From assembly GCA_950097015.1 (NCBI GenBank), contig CATNEN010000007.1, positions 4,960,001 through 5,024,000 of the forward strand: a stretch of 64,000 nucleotides of DNA, in the 5' to 3' direction. Below the pieces are notes generated by a model. That model saw only the letters and a program-made list of their open reading frames with translations, made no database searches and was not told the DNA's origin. Below are positions 1-10,459 of this stretch, one piece after another; the first letter of the stretch is position 1, and every line of letters begins with the position of its first letter. The position numbers and the translations under genes are program-made. The DNA comes from Macrostomum hystrix. Its lineage: Eukaryota; Animalia; Platyhelminthes.

Positions 1-70
1 TAAGAAATCCAGGGCTTTGACTTTGTGTTGCTAAAAGTCTAAATTCTCCTTTTAAGTCTAAGAAATCCAG
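1..70 (+). repeat. 58-59 bp satellite (left part, interrupted by Harbinger insertion)
   Basis: Unit TAAGAAATCCAGGGCTTTGACTTTG..AAAAGTCTAAATT..TTTTAAGTC starts at 1 and 59; the same unit resumes at 1851. Confidence 0.9.
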
Positions 71-479
71 GGGGTGTTTCATAAATGACTTGTAGAAGGT
101 ACAAGTGGGATCAGTGACAAGTTACAAGTGAATTTTGTTTCATAGACTTTAACGAAACTACAAGTTCCTACAAGCTACAAGAGAGTAGCTACAAGTACTT
201 GCTACAAGCATTTCGTTTCATGAAGCGTCTATGTCTACAATCCCAAACACTTGTAATTGCTGACAAGTTGAATAGTCGCCTTCTTTTACTCGCACTTGTA
301 AACTAAAAGCACAGTTTTCAAAGAACACTTTCTTCTAACCTTTCTCAGCCACCTCTAACCGTATTATAGTAGTATTATATCGCTTAATTGTGACGATGAG
401 AGCGACGGTTCTGTCGAACCCAAGCGACGACGCAAATTGTGCTAGAAAGGTTTCGGCTACGGGAGGAACATGTGCTAGA

Positions 480-605
480 ACTGTGCCCAACACAGATGTG
501 GATGGACTAGAAGACTACGGCGCTGAAGACGAGGACTACACGGAAGAAGTGGACGATGCCGCCGAGGAGGGAAGAAGACAACAAATTGTGCAATTAATGC
601 AATGA
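480..605 (+). pseudogene. Probable 3' remnant of Harbinger transposase
   Basis: Acidic tail ending ..DDAAEEGRRQQIVQLMQ* resembles Harbinger transposase C-termini; tail-to-tail with the Myb ORF; no DDE core present. Confidence 0.4.
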
Positions 606-811
606 ACAACTCGAAAGTGTAGTTTCTAAAGATAGTTGCCAGTTACAAGTTGCGCTGAATGTATTTAGTAACCCGTGCATCATTGAACTGAACTTCAACT
701 TCAACTTCAACATAACAAAAATTTTTCAACCGTGTTTCTAAACGTGACCATGTCAATGCTGCTGAAATAGACTGGAAGCACAGTGAAGCAACTCATTACT
801 CCGAACACCTA

Positions 812-1552
812 CTACAGCTGATTAAAAAGCGTACCAGGTGCACAATTACCTGTCCAGTTGCGCTGTGCTTGGAGATTTTCAATCTCGATCCGTAGCTTTT
901 CGTTTCGCAGTCTCCAGTTTTCTGATCGCATTTCTAGCTCGGTGATTTGCAACTCAATCGTTCTTCTCTTGAGTGCAGCTTCGTCCACAGTAGCTTTGCC
1001 ACTAGAAGCCGTCGAAGTAGATCGCTTAGGCGTCGATTGCGTCGATCCAGAACTTGTGCTCGTTCTCGCCCCGGGCGACTTGCTAGCAGCGGGCGTTTGT
1101 ACGTCACGATAAATTGTACTCTCCAGTAGATGATCATCATTGGCGTGGTGGTCCCTAGCATTGTTCTTCGTGCCTTCGTACGTCTCCGGGACATCCAGAC
1201 CAACCACGATGGCGGACGTCTTGTCGATGATGTCTAGAACCAAATTATCAACTTCGGTTAGTTGCTTGTCCTTTCCACCATCTGCTCCTGTCTTCTTATT
1301 GGCATCCACCTTCTCAATTGTTCGGCGCTTAATATTTGGCCAAACGGTGTCACGCAAGTAGGAAAAGTCTTTGCCGGGACACGGATCGAAACCATATTCC
1401 TCACGGCAATTCCTGACGACATCCTTCCATGCGTTTGTTCGTTTCTCTTTAGTTAGCACCGAGGTGAACTCGCCAAATAAAGTTCCCTTGACGTCGCGAA
1501 TCTTCTCTAACAGAAGCGTCTTCTCACTTGCAGAGAGAGGCATCGTAAGCAA
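812..1552 (-). CDS. Harbinger Myb/SANT-like DNA-binding protein (first ATG at 1543)
   Basis: EKTLLLEKIRDVKGTLFGEFT...KRTNAWKDVV...YLRDTVWPNIKRRTIEK matches the Myb/SANT-like pattern of Harbinger ORF2; C-terminal coiled coil; intact. Confidence 0.8.
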   Translation of the reverse strand: MLTMPLSASEKTLLLEKIRDVKGTLFGEFTSVLTKEKRTNAWKDVVRNCREEYGFDPCPGKDFSYLRDTVWPNIKRRTIEKVDANKKTGADGGKDKQLTEVDNLVLDIIDKTSAIVVGLDVPETYEGTKNNARDHHANDDHLLESTIYRDVQTPAASKSPGARTSTSSGSTQSTPKRSTSTASSGKATVDEAALKRRTIELQITELEMRSENWRLRNEKLRIEIENLQAQRNWTGNCAPGTLFNQL

Positions 1553-1850
1553 AAGCGAATTGACGAATGTAAGAAGCTAGAGTGGATGAAATGAGTTTTG
1601 TTTTTTAGCTTCGAGTCGTTACCACCTACCACTCTATCTCTCTACCACTCCAAATAGGTAGGTTTTTACCATAGACGATGAAGTGAATGAAGATGAAGAC
1701 GACGAAGACGCACAAGCTTGTCAAACTTGTACGATTCTTGGCTGAAATCTACAAGCAGTGTTGTGAAACACTTTTGCTTGTAGCTTGTAGCTTGTAGCTA
1801 TTAAACTTGTAGCTTGTAGCTTGTAACTTGTAAATTATATGAAACACCCC

Positions 1851-2097
1851 CCAGGGCATTGACTTTGTATTGGCAAAAGTCTAAATTCTACTTTTTAGAT
1901 CTAAGAAATCCAGGGCTTCGACTTTTTATTGCTAAAAGTCCAAGCTCCACTTTTTAAGTCTAAGAAATCCAGGGCTTAGACTTTGTATTGCCAAAAGTCT
2001 AAATTCTCCTTTTTAAGTCTAAGAAATCCAGGGCTTTGACTTTGAATTGCTAAAAGTCTAAATTCAACTTTTTAGATCTAAGAAATCCAGGGCTTTA
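1851..2097 (+). repeat. 59-bp satellite, ~4 copies
   Basis: TAAGAAATCC at 1902, 1961, 2020, 2079 (period 59). Confidence 0.9.
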
Positions 2098-3326
2098 CAG
2101 AAAGTCAATGCTTCCTACAGCCTCCTCGGGCCGATTCGAGACAGTTCCCGAGGTCCCCGGCAACTGATTTTGGTGTCGTTCGAAAGGCCTGGAGATGCTC
2201 TATAGATTCCGGTTGAGTCCCCCGAGATTGTCTATTGGGTGCCAACTTGGGCTCTGAGTGGCTACCTAACTTGTCTAAGAGCAATATTAAGTCGAAAATT
2301 TCCCATGTCGAAATTTCCGTCATTGGCGGGCAATGTTGGAAATGACATTTCTCGACTAGAGGTTGACGCCCTGAGTCTAGAGGCGCCAGTCCGGCGCTTC
2401 TAGATGGTCGGGAAAGAAAGTTGTGGCTCTTTTTAGAATTCCATGACTTTGACTTTCAGAAGTCAAAGGCCTGGAGTCAAAGGTTTGACTTTGTCAAACT
2501 TTGACTTTGACATTGTAATCGGTCAATGTCTTTGACTTTACAGAAAGTCAATGCTTCCTACAGCCTCCTCGGGCCGATTCGAGACAGTTCCCGAGGTCCC
2601 CGGCAACTGATTTTGGTGTCGTTCGAAAGGCCTGGAGATGCTCTATAGATTCCGGTTGAGTCCCCCGAGATTGTCTATTGGGTGCCAACTTGGGCTCTGA
2701 GTGGCTACCTAACTTGTCTAAGAGCAATATTAAGTCGAAAATTTCCCATGTCGAAATTTCCGTCATTGGCGGGCAATGTTGGAAATGACATTTCTCGACT
2801 AGAGGTTGACGCCCTGAGTCTAGAGGCGCCAGTCCGGCGCTTCTAGATGGTCGGGAAAGAAAGTTGTGGCTCTTTTTAGAATTCCATGACTTTGACTTTC
2901 AGAAGTCAAAGGCCTGGAGTCAAAGGTTTGACTTTGTCAAACTTTGACTTTGACATTGTAATCGGTCAATGTCTTTGACTTTACAGAAAGTCAATGCTTC
3001 CTACAGCCTCCTCGGGCCGATTCGAGACAGTTCCCGAGGTCCCCGGCAACTGATTTTGGTGTCGTTCGAAAGGCCTGGAGATGCTCTATAGATTCCGGTT
3101 GAGTCCCCCCAGATTGTCTATTGGGTGCCAACTTGGGCTCTGAGCGGCTACCTAACTTGTCTAAGAGCAATATTAAGTCGAAAATTTCCCATGTCGAAAT
3201 TTCCGTCATTGGCGGGCAATGTTGGAAATGACATTTCTCGACTAGAGGTTGACGCCCTGAGTCTAGAGGCGCCAGTCAGGCGCCTCTAGATGGTCGGGAC
3301 AGAAAGTTGTGGCTCTTTTTAGAATT
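2097..3326. repeat. 443-bp tandem repeat, ~2.8 near-identical copies
   Basis: ACAGAAAGTCAATG at 2097, 2540, 2983; third copy truncated at ~3326. Confidence 0.95.
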
Positions 3327-3352
3327 TTCTCGACGTCTGCCGGCAACTGATT

Positions 3353-4382
3353 GGCAGACGGAGTCCACCAGTCGCTGAAAGGCCTGGGCAGCGTTCTTGA
3401 GGCCGAATGGCATTCGCAGGAACTCGAAGAGGCCAAATGGGGTGGTGACGGCAGTCTTGGGCACGTCGGCTGCGGCCACGGGCACCTGGTGGTAGCCGCG
3501 GACGAGGTCGATCTTGGAGAAAACCGAGCAGCCGGCCAGGCGGGCCGAGAAGTCCTGGATGTGCGGCACTGGGTAGCGGTCGGGCACCGTGGCGTCGTTG
3601 AGCCGCCTGAAGTCGCCGCAGGGCCGCCACCCGCCCGAGGCCTTGGGCACCATGTGCAGCGGCGAGGACCACGGGCTGTTGGACCGGCACGCGATGCCGA
3701 GCTGCTCCAGGAGCCGGAACTCCTCCTTGGCCACCGCCAGCTTGTCCGGCGGCAGGCGGCGAGGGCGGGCGTGGACCGGCGGGCCCTGAGTCGGGATGTG
3801 GTGCTCGACCCCGTGGCGCGGCTCCGCTCGCTGGAAGCTGGGCTCGGTGAGGGCGGGGAACTCGGCCAGCAGCTGGCTGTACGGGTCCGCAGCGGCGGCT
3901 GCGGCGAGCTGCAGTCCGGGCCCCGTGCCGTCCAGCAGGTGCACGCTGGCGAATGAGCGGGCGTCCAGGAGTCACCGGTGCGGCAGGTCCACCAGCAGGC
4001 CGTGGTGTCGCAGGAAGTCGGCGCCGATCAGCGGGCGGGAGACCTCGGCCAGGATGAACGGCCACGAGCAGCGCCGGATTCCGAGGTCGAGCGTGAGCTG
4101 GCGGGTGCCGAAGGTGCGAATGAGGCTGCCGTTGGCTGCAAAGAGCGGCGAACCGGGCGTGTGCAGGCGAGCATCCGAGCCATCGACGGGGAAAATGCTG
4201 ACCTCGGCGCCGGTGTCGACCAGGAAGCGCCGGCCCGTCTGCACATCGGGGATGAGGAGCAGGCTGCTGCTGTTGCCGGCCGCCGAGCTGTTCACTGACG
4301 GCCGGCCTGCCCGTTTCCCTGGAAGCTGCATGGAGATTCGCAGCGGCGTGCCTTGGCTCCGAAACGGCGATGGAAGTAGCAC
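3353..4382 (-). pseudogene. Gypsy Pol (aspartic protease + partial RT)
   Basis: FLVDTGAEVSIFP protease; in-frame TGA at 3972-3974; RT motifs [50 protein letters not shown]; truncated near 3353. Confidence 0.9.
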
Positions 4383-4990
4383 AGGCCGTCGTCAGGGTGA
4401 TGTTGTTGCTGCTTAGACGGCCGACTGCCGCCCCGACGGGTCGCCGAAACCACCGGCTGGGTGGGCTCCGCTGCCGGCTGCTGGACGGAGGCCGCGGCGA
4501 GCTGCGGCCGGCTGGCCCACAGCTTGTCGGCGAGCTGCGCTGCTTCCCGCGGGTCGCTGAAGTCGGCGGTCGCCATTGCCATTCTGACCTCAGTGGGCAG
4601 CTGCTGGCTGAACAGCTCTTCGAAGAGCATGCAGGGCCAGTGGTCTCCAAGCAGGGCGAGCATCTCGTCCATCAACTCCGTGGGACGCCTGTCGCCGAGG
4701 CCGGACATGTTGAGCAGGCGGCTGGCCCGCTGTTGTCGGGACAGCTCAAAGGTGCCGAGCAGTCGCTCCTTCAGCCTCTTGTACTTTTCTTCCCTCGGCG
4801 GATTCTCCAGCGCGTCGATGAGCCGCTCGGCGGTCTGCTGATCGAGCGCCGCGATGACGTGGCTGTACTTCGTGTCGTCATCGGAGATCTTCCGCAGAGC
4901 GAATTGAGCTTCGGCCTGAACAAACCAAATACGAGGTTGAGATGCCCAAAACGTGGGCAGTTTGAGTGCAACGGCTGACTCCGTAGTCAT
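4292..4990 (-). CDS. Gypsy Gag
   Basis: LKLPTFWASQPRIWFVQAEAQF N-terminus; C-X2-H-X9-C-X3-C motif CYFHRRFGAKARRCESPC. Confidence 0.88.
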   Translation of the reverse strand: MTTESAVALKLPTFWASQPRIWFVQAEAQFALRKISDDDTKYSHVIAALDQQTAERLIDALENPPREEKYKRLKERLLGTFELSRQQRASRLLNMSGLGDRRPTELMDEMLALLGDHWPCMLFEELFSQQLPTEVRMAMATADFSDPREAAQLADKLWASRPQLAAASVQQPAAEPTQPVVSATRRGGSRPSKQQQHHPDDGLCYFHRRFGAKARRCESPCSFQGNGQAGRQ

Positions 4991-5011
4991 TCCTCAGCTA
5001 CGGCTAGGGTT

Positions 5012-5024
5012 GTCGGGCTCACCA
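5012..5024 (-). promoter_or_regulatory. Primer-binding site, tRNA-Trp-like
   Basis: Minus strand TGGTGAGCCCGAC vs complement of tRNA-Trp 3' end TGGTGACCCCGAC (1 mismatch), just upstream of gag. Confidence 0.7.
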
Positions 5025-5264
5025 ATTTAGCGACTCGCAAAATGAAATGGCGCGAGAGAAGGTCAACTTTTATTTTTTACAATCGCATATAAATACTGCG
5101 CGACAGAGAGGCATGGGGAGGTGCGCATAGTCCGTGCCAGACCCTGCGGCTTAGCGCGCCGGCCGTCTGGGTGCACCCACCCCCCGGGCAGGGTGAGTCA
5201 GGCCGATTGAGTGCAGGTGCACTGCCCGCGCCAGCAGCGTGCTGGTCTGGCCGCCACAGTATTA

Positions 5265-5966
5265 TACATTTTTGCAATTGAATTCGCCGAAACTGCAAAA
5301 CAATTCCCCATAGAAGCCAATGTGGTCTAAAAATAGTAAGCCCATAGAAATTAAGCTAAAAGTCGAGATTGAATTCGCCGAAATTTCATTTGAATTCGCG
5401 TTACGCGCCAATGGCTTGTATTCATTTGACAGGACAAAAAGCTTCGAAGGGGAAACAATCAAAGAGGAAACAAAGTTTGCGAACTGATGTACGAGTAGAA
5501 TGAAGTCAACCGAACGATCAAAGAAAAGAGCAATCAATTATGCCAAAATGTCTTCATGATTCAGGCAGCGATTCAAGTAGGTTGCCGTGTGATTAGCCCA
5601 CTGCAAGCACTTCTGCTGTGTGATCTGCTGTAGGGCGACCGTCACCTCACGTCTCAGAATTCCCATTCTCCAGGTGTGAAATGTGATGCCAAGGTTTGCT
5701 GCTGCAGCCGTATTGAGCAGTTCCGCACGAACTGGCATGGCAAGTCCTCTCAGCATTTTGAAAACAGGATAGAGAAGGACTGCCGAATTTAAATTGCTGC
5801 GATTTTAGCAACATATAGACACCTCACCAGTGCGAATTCAAATGCAATTTCGGCGAATTCAATCTCGACTTTTAGCTTAATTTCTATGGGCTTACTATTT
5901 TTAGACCACATTGGCTTCTATGGGGAATTGTTTTGCAGTTTCGGCGAATTCAATTGCAAAAAGGTA
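5265..5966. mobile_element. Non-autonomous IS630/Tc1-like element with ~135-bp TIRs
   Basis: ~5265-5397 is the reverse complement of ~5835-5966; TA on both flanks; internal minus ORF 5538-5756 (WRMGILRREVTVALQQITQQKCLQWANHTATYLNRCL) resembles the C-terminus of the transposase at 10844-11978. Confidence 0.75.
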
Positions 5967-6429
5967 TATTATTTCTGCTGTGGTTGATCATGAGACGTGT
6001 AACTGAGAAGGTTGTTTTGTTTGTTTGCATAGTTTGTATTTAAGTGTAACTAGAGCGATGGAGGGTACAGTACGGGATGTCTATGGGATGAGCGAATGCT
6101 GAGAGAAGTACAAGCGTAAAATTAAAGTGATAATACACTGCAGTGTGGAATTCTATGGGAATCGGAATGCTAAGTGAGCTGGAGTGCAGCATTGCCTAGC
6201 ATTTTAACGATCATTGTCTGCAGTTTTCTATGCAAGACAATGCATTCTCTGCAGGTTTTCCAGATACGATTTACCGTTATATTTTTGCAAAGACGCACGG
6301 CATAAGTTTAACACATGTAGTTGAACGAGCAGTGGGCAATGCAATAGAAACATGTAGAAAAGCAAGCAGTCACGTCGAAGAACATCGTCAGTTTAATATT
6401 CACTTATTCGAAGAAGAAGTCGATTATAT

Positions 6430-6915
6430 TGGCGCGGCGAAAGCAGCTCCCGAAGCAACTAAGTTGGTCCTGCGTTTCACTACAATATTCAGGTAGCGTT
6501 GTATTCCAGGACGAATACAAACCAGCGACGAGGGTGAATAGGCGCGGCCTTCCTTGCTCTTCAGTCGAAAATAATAGATGCGCAAATATTAATTCAGTGT
6601 GGCGTCACTAACGACACGACTCTTCGAAAAGGCAACAAGCTTTTGTCCATGCTCTTCCATTTGCTTACGACTGCTCGCAGGAAGGCCGGCAATTTCAGCG
6701 TCGTCTAGATCTTTGAGTTCTTGATTGAATTCGGCAGCCAGGTCGGCAATAGATTCATCTTCGCACAATGAGCTTTCCATGTAGGTGATGAAGTCGGCAA
6801 CCACTTCATCCACACGACAGTCGTTCCCGGAGAGCTCGGAGCTTGTTAAGCCATTAAGACTGTTGACAGACAGATTCCGATAATTCATTAAGTGCACAAC
6901 CGGTGGTGTCTTCAT
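6430..6915 (-). pseudogene. Crypton-like YR copy 1, N-terminal fragment
   Basis: After in-frame TAA (6589-6591) reads YLRIYYFRLKSKEGRAYSPSSLVCIRPGIQRYL, aligning with LRFFYGTLRKKDGGLYAPATLVCIRAAIHRHF of the intact copy; catalytic half missing. Confidence 0.75.
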
Positions 6916-6994
6916 TTTGAATATTCTCTCTCTGCTATATGGAATGAAACGCTGACGCTAAAATGTAGCTTCTAATCTGCAGGACTAAATTGTA

Positions 6995-8283
6995 ACGGGT
7001 GTCCCAAAAAGCCTACACAGCTGCCATAGACAATCTTTTGCTTTAAAAAATCTTAAGGAGCGTAGTCTCTGAGATGGTGTGTGGTCAAATGCCAGTTTAT
7101 TAGAAAAATCGCTATTGATTTTTTGAGCTTGTAAGTGTACGCTAGCTTCTCTGCTAAGCTTTGTCATAGACGGAGGCCATAGACAATCTTTTGCGTAAGA
7201 AAAATGACAGAGCATGCATAGACTCTGAGACTGATCTAACGTTACAATTTCCCATCATGGATCATAGCAGCTGCACGATGCAGCTGCAGTTCAGAAACCG
7301 TCAATGGCCTGCAAGTTTGAAGAAGAAACTCGTCTTCGGATCATCCAGTGCTACTACCGAAATGAAGAGAGCGTCACAGCTGCTTCGAGACAGTTCAACA
7401 CTTGGCGAAATGCTCAACCAAACGCTGCTGCCATTCCTCCGCACAAAGAAGAATGTTCATCAACTGGTGCAAAAGTTTCTGACAAAAAAGAACTTACAGT
7501 TGTCACATAAAGGACACAGTGGCAGTCGCAGACCTCGCAGTGTCAGGACAGAAGAGCGCGTTTTTGACGTGATGAGAGAGTTGGAGGGTGAGAGAAAATC
7601 TCTGAGACAAGTTTCACGAGACCTCGAAATGTCAACTTCGACTGTGCAGCGAATCGCGAGACAGGATCTTCACCTGCATGCATATCGTGCAGAGAAGAAG
7701 CACGGACTGCTACCAAGCGACTTTGTGCAGCGAGCAGAACTGTGTCATCTAGTGCTGAACACTCTTGAGAACACCAATCAGCCAATTGTGTTTGTTGATG
7801 AAGCCACATTTCGAACAGACGGCACGGTCAATCTCACGAATGACCAGTTCTGGTTCACACGTGGCACAGCTCCGAACATCCCGCCAGCCGAAGCACGTCA
7901 AAATGCGCAAAGAGCAACAGTATTGCTGCAGTGTCACGAGACTGGCTTGGGGGCCCTATTTTTTTCCTGGAACTGTCAACTCTAGGGCTTATCAGGATGC
8001 ATTGCAGCTTTTTCTGACTCCGGATCTTCATGCGGCTGGCATCCGAAACGTTTGGTTTGTGCAAGATGGTGCTACTGCGCACACTTCCATCTCGACTCGC
8101 CAGTTTCTTAGAGACGCTTTCGGTGCCGATAGAGCGATTAGCAAGTTTTTTAACACACCTTGGCCAGCAAGGTCACCTGAATCGAATCCGGTCGACTACT
8201 TTCTTTGGGGCTTTGCTCGTGAGCTCGTCATCTCGCCTACCGGCGCTCGCAAAACAATAGTTGTCACGCACTGGGGCCGCTGA
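6995..8283 (+). mobile_element. Tc1/mariner element, DD41D (rosa)-like, frameshifted and 3'-truncated transposase (7304-8283)
   Basis: Three frames give HTH region, IVFVDEATF, WFVQDGATAHT...WPARSPESNPVDYFLWG (42 residues counted between 2nd and 3rd D); putative left end TA|ACGGGTGTCCCAAAA at ~6995; no right TIR seen. Confidence 0.8.
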
Positions 8284-8618
8284 TTATTTATACATTGTAG
8301 TACGATAAAAGCGGTCTTTCGCGTCCCTGGGATTTCCCTAGGGAAATCCAAAAAATAGGTTAAACTCAAAATGTCTATGGTCGTTAAGCTATAATATTGA
8401 AAACAGAGCTGTATTTAGAAGAAGTATAAACAACTAAACAAATTACATTATTTCTAACAAGTAAAACTGGTTATTTTCCGTAAATGTCATGCAAAATATC
8501 AAAATGTCACTTATGATAAACGTTGAATGTGCAGCCGGTGAACGTACCACTGAAGCCGCCACTAGAACTAGAACTGCAAGTTGACAGATTGGTGGTTGAA
8601 GCTAAACTTACTTTATTT

Positions 8619-9225
8619 TCACATCCAGCCAGACTTAATGCATCCGAAACGCATGCCAGTTGGGGACTCCTTCTTCTTTGAGTATCTTATGTACCGCTGG
8701 GTTGACACAACCGAACGATGTCCCGTCACATGGCCGATGTCTTCCAGCGAAAAACCGGCGTTGTGCAGCTCCGTCACGACCGTTGCTCTGATGCAATGAG
8801 GCGCATACTTTCTAGACAGTCCAGCCTTCTCAGATATTGTCTGCATCATTGATCCCAGCGTATTGTGTCCAACCGGCTGCTTGGCAAAATACCACGAGTC
8901 TGCGTTAGGCTTAGCCCTCGGCCGAATGAAGACGATGCTGTTCACGACACCTTCTCGGTTCTTAGCATTCGCGATCGTTTCCATGTAGTCTTTGAAGCAG
9001 CCCACAGGGCAGTCAGATAAGCCGGTAGAAACCATCAGCACCTGTTTAGTATTCTTTGCAGCATTTTCCAAGTGTCCTCCATCAGTCTTTGTAGCCATCG
9101 GCCGCAACTTGATAGCCTCTCGCCCAGATGCAGTGATGATCTTTTCGAACAACTCAACTGTTAGGCGTCGAAACCACTCTCTTGCACGCAGCCCAAAATG
9201 AGTCATCATATTGTAATAGAACTCA
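8619..9225 (-). pseudogene. Crypton-like YR copy 2b, C-terminal catalytic half
   Basis: HFGLRAREW, CPVGCF, YAPHCIRAT (HxxR), VTGHRS, QRY; N-terminal half absent. Confidence 0.85.
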
Positions 9226-9259
9226 TGCTGTAACTGTAACTGTAACTAACTGTAACTGT

Positions 9260-10203
9260 AACTCATGCGAAACGTTGACACACGGCTTCGGGAAAAGCGA
9301 CTCGACGCGCAGGTCGTTTAGGCACTGCAGGTACATCTTTAATGCAGCAACGGGACAATTTCGATTTTCGGAATCCGAATACATGCGTGCCTGCTTAGCA
9401 TCATGGAATTCGGTCTTCTTCAGAGATGCCTTCGAATTCTTACTTAGAAGGTCATGATTCAGTGCGACATAGTCACGGCCTTCAGAATCTTCTAAAAACA
9501 CGAAACTCTCCTTAGTCAGCGTTGGTAGAGTTTCTAATTCACGCAGTCCAAAATAATAAATTAGATGAAACATGACCTCCTGCTGTAGTATGACACCATT
9601 TGACCTATCAAAATAGCCCATGATTTTCTGTAGGTAATTAATTTCAATTGCAGCAAATCTGTCTCGGGATTTTGGTTGATTGGCTAGCTTGTACTTGTGA
9701 ACCATCGATACTAACATCTGATTGGCATTCGCGAAAGCAATGTCCGCAATAATATTAATATCCGGACGGTTCAGACAGAAGAAGCGATGCAGTCCGGCTC
9801 GAGTGCAGATAAGACTTGCTGGAGCATAGTACTGCTCGTCCTTTGTTCGCAGTCTCGAATAGAAGAAGCGTAAATAGTTAGCCAAAATAGACTTTGGAAT
9901 TTGTAACAGGTCAGTTGACAGCTTGCTTGCTTCCAAAAATCTCTTGAAGCGGTTCACATTTTCCTCCATCTGCCGTGCAGAAGAATCGGGCAGGCCATCT
10001 CGCTCAAGCTGATTCAACTCCTGCATCACGTCCTCCGGAACGTCTTGAATCTCCTCAGACTCCATCTTGCGCGCGAATTCCTCGCTTAGTTCATCCAAAT
10101 ACCGACTGTTCGATTCTGATGATATCCAAGCTAACTCTTCGGTTGACATACCGGAGACAATTTCTCCAGGCATATTGGAAAAAATAATTAAATGGTTGAT
10201 CAT
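9260..10203 (-). pseudogene. Crypton-like YR copy 2a, N-terminal two thirds
   Basis: LRFFYSRLRTKDEQYYAPASLICTRAGLHRFF, YYFGLRELE, CPVAALKMY; ends at LFPKP before HxxR/H/Y. Confidence 0.85.
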
Positions 10204-10459
10204 GGTTGGACCGTCAAAAAAGAGCTAAATCCTGGCAGAGTTAAAATTACAGCGCTTCTCTAGAAGCCGGGGCAAGTTAAATTTTTTTTTAAAGAAATAT
10301 TTGTCTATGGTACAGAGTGGGGGCTTTGCCCCCTTCTTGTGTGGGCTTCGCCCCCAAACACCCAGATTTCACCCACGCTCCTTCTTTTTGTTGTCTATGG
10401 TAAACAGCGTCTATAATACAACATGGAGCCCGGAATTTTCCTACATAATGACAATAATA

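Larger units (their letters stand above)
71..1850. mobile_element. PIF/Harbinger DNA transposon, deletion derivative
   Basis: Perfect 13-bp TIRs GGGGTGTTTCATA (71-83) / TATGAAACACCCC (1838-1850); (C)CAG duplicated on both flanks, removal restores the satellite unit AAATCCAGGGC; many TACAAG (left) / CTTGTA (right) subterminal motifs; Myb/SANT ORF inside. Confidence 0.85.
3353..5258 (-). mobile_element. Ty3/Gypsy LTR retrotransposon (CsRn1-clade-like), 3'-truncated
   Basis: LTR-like segment ~5025-5258, tRNA-Trp-like PBS, gag with CHCC knuckle, protease and RT N-half; broken before the YxDD motif. Confidence 0.9.

Noticed and set aside
2105-3209. 72-aa ORF repeated three times
   Set aside because: It is part of the 443-bp repeat with no recognisable domain.
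3319-4978. Long alternative ORFs (443 aa minus; 201-206 aa plus) over the Gypsy element
   Set aside because: Shadow frames of GC-rich gag/pol.
6230-6496. 88-aa plus-strand ORF
   Set aside because: No recognisable motif; it partly overlaps the antisense of YR copy 1.
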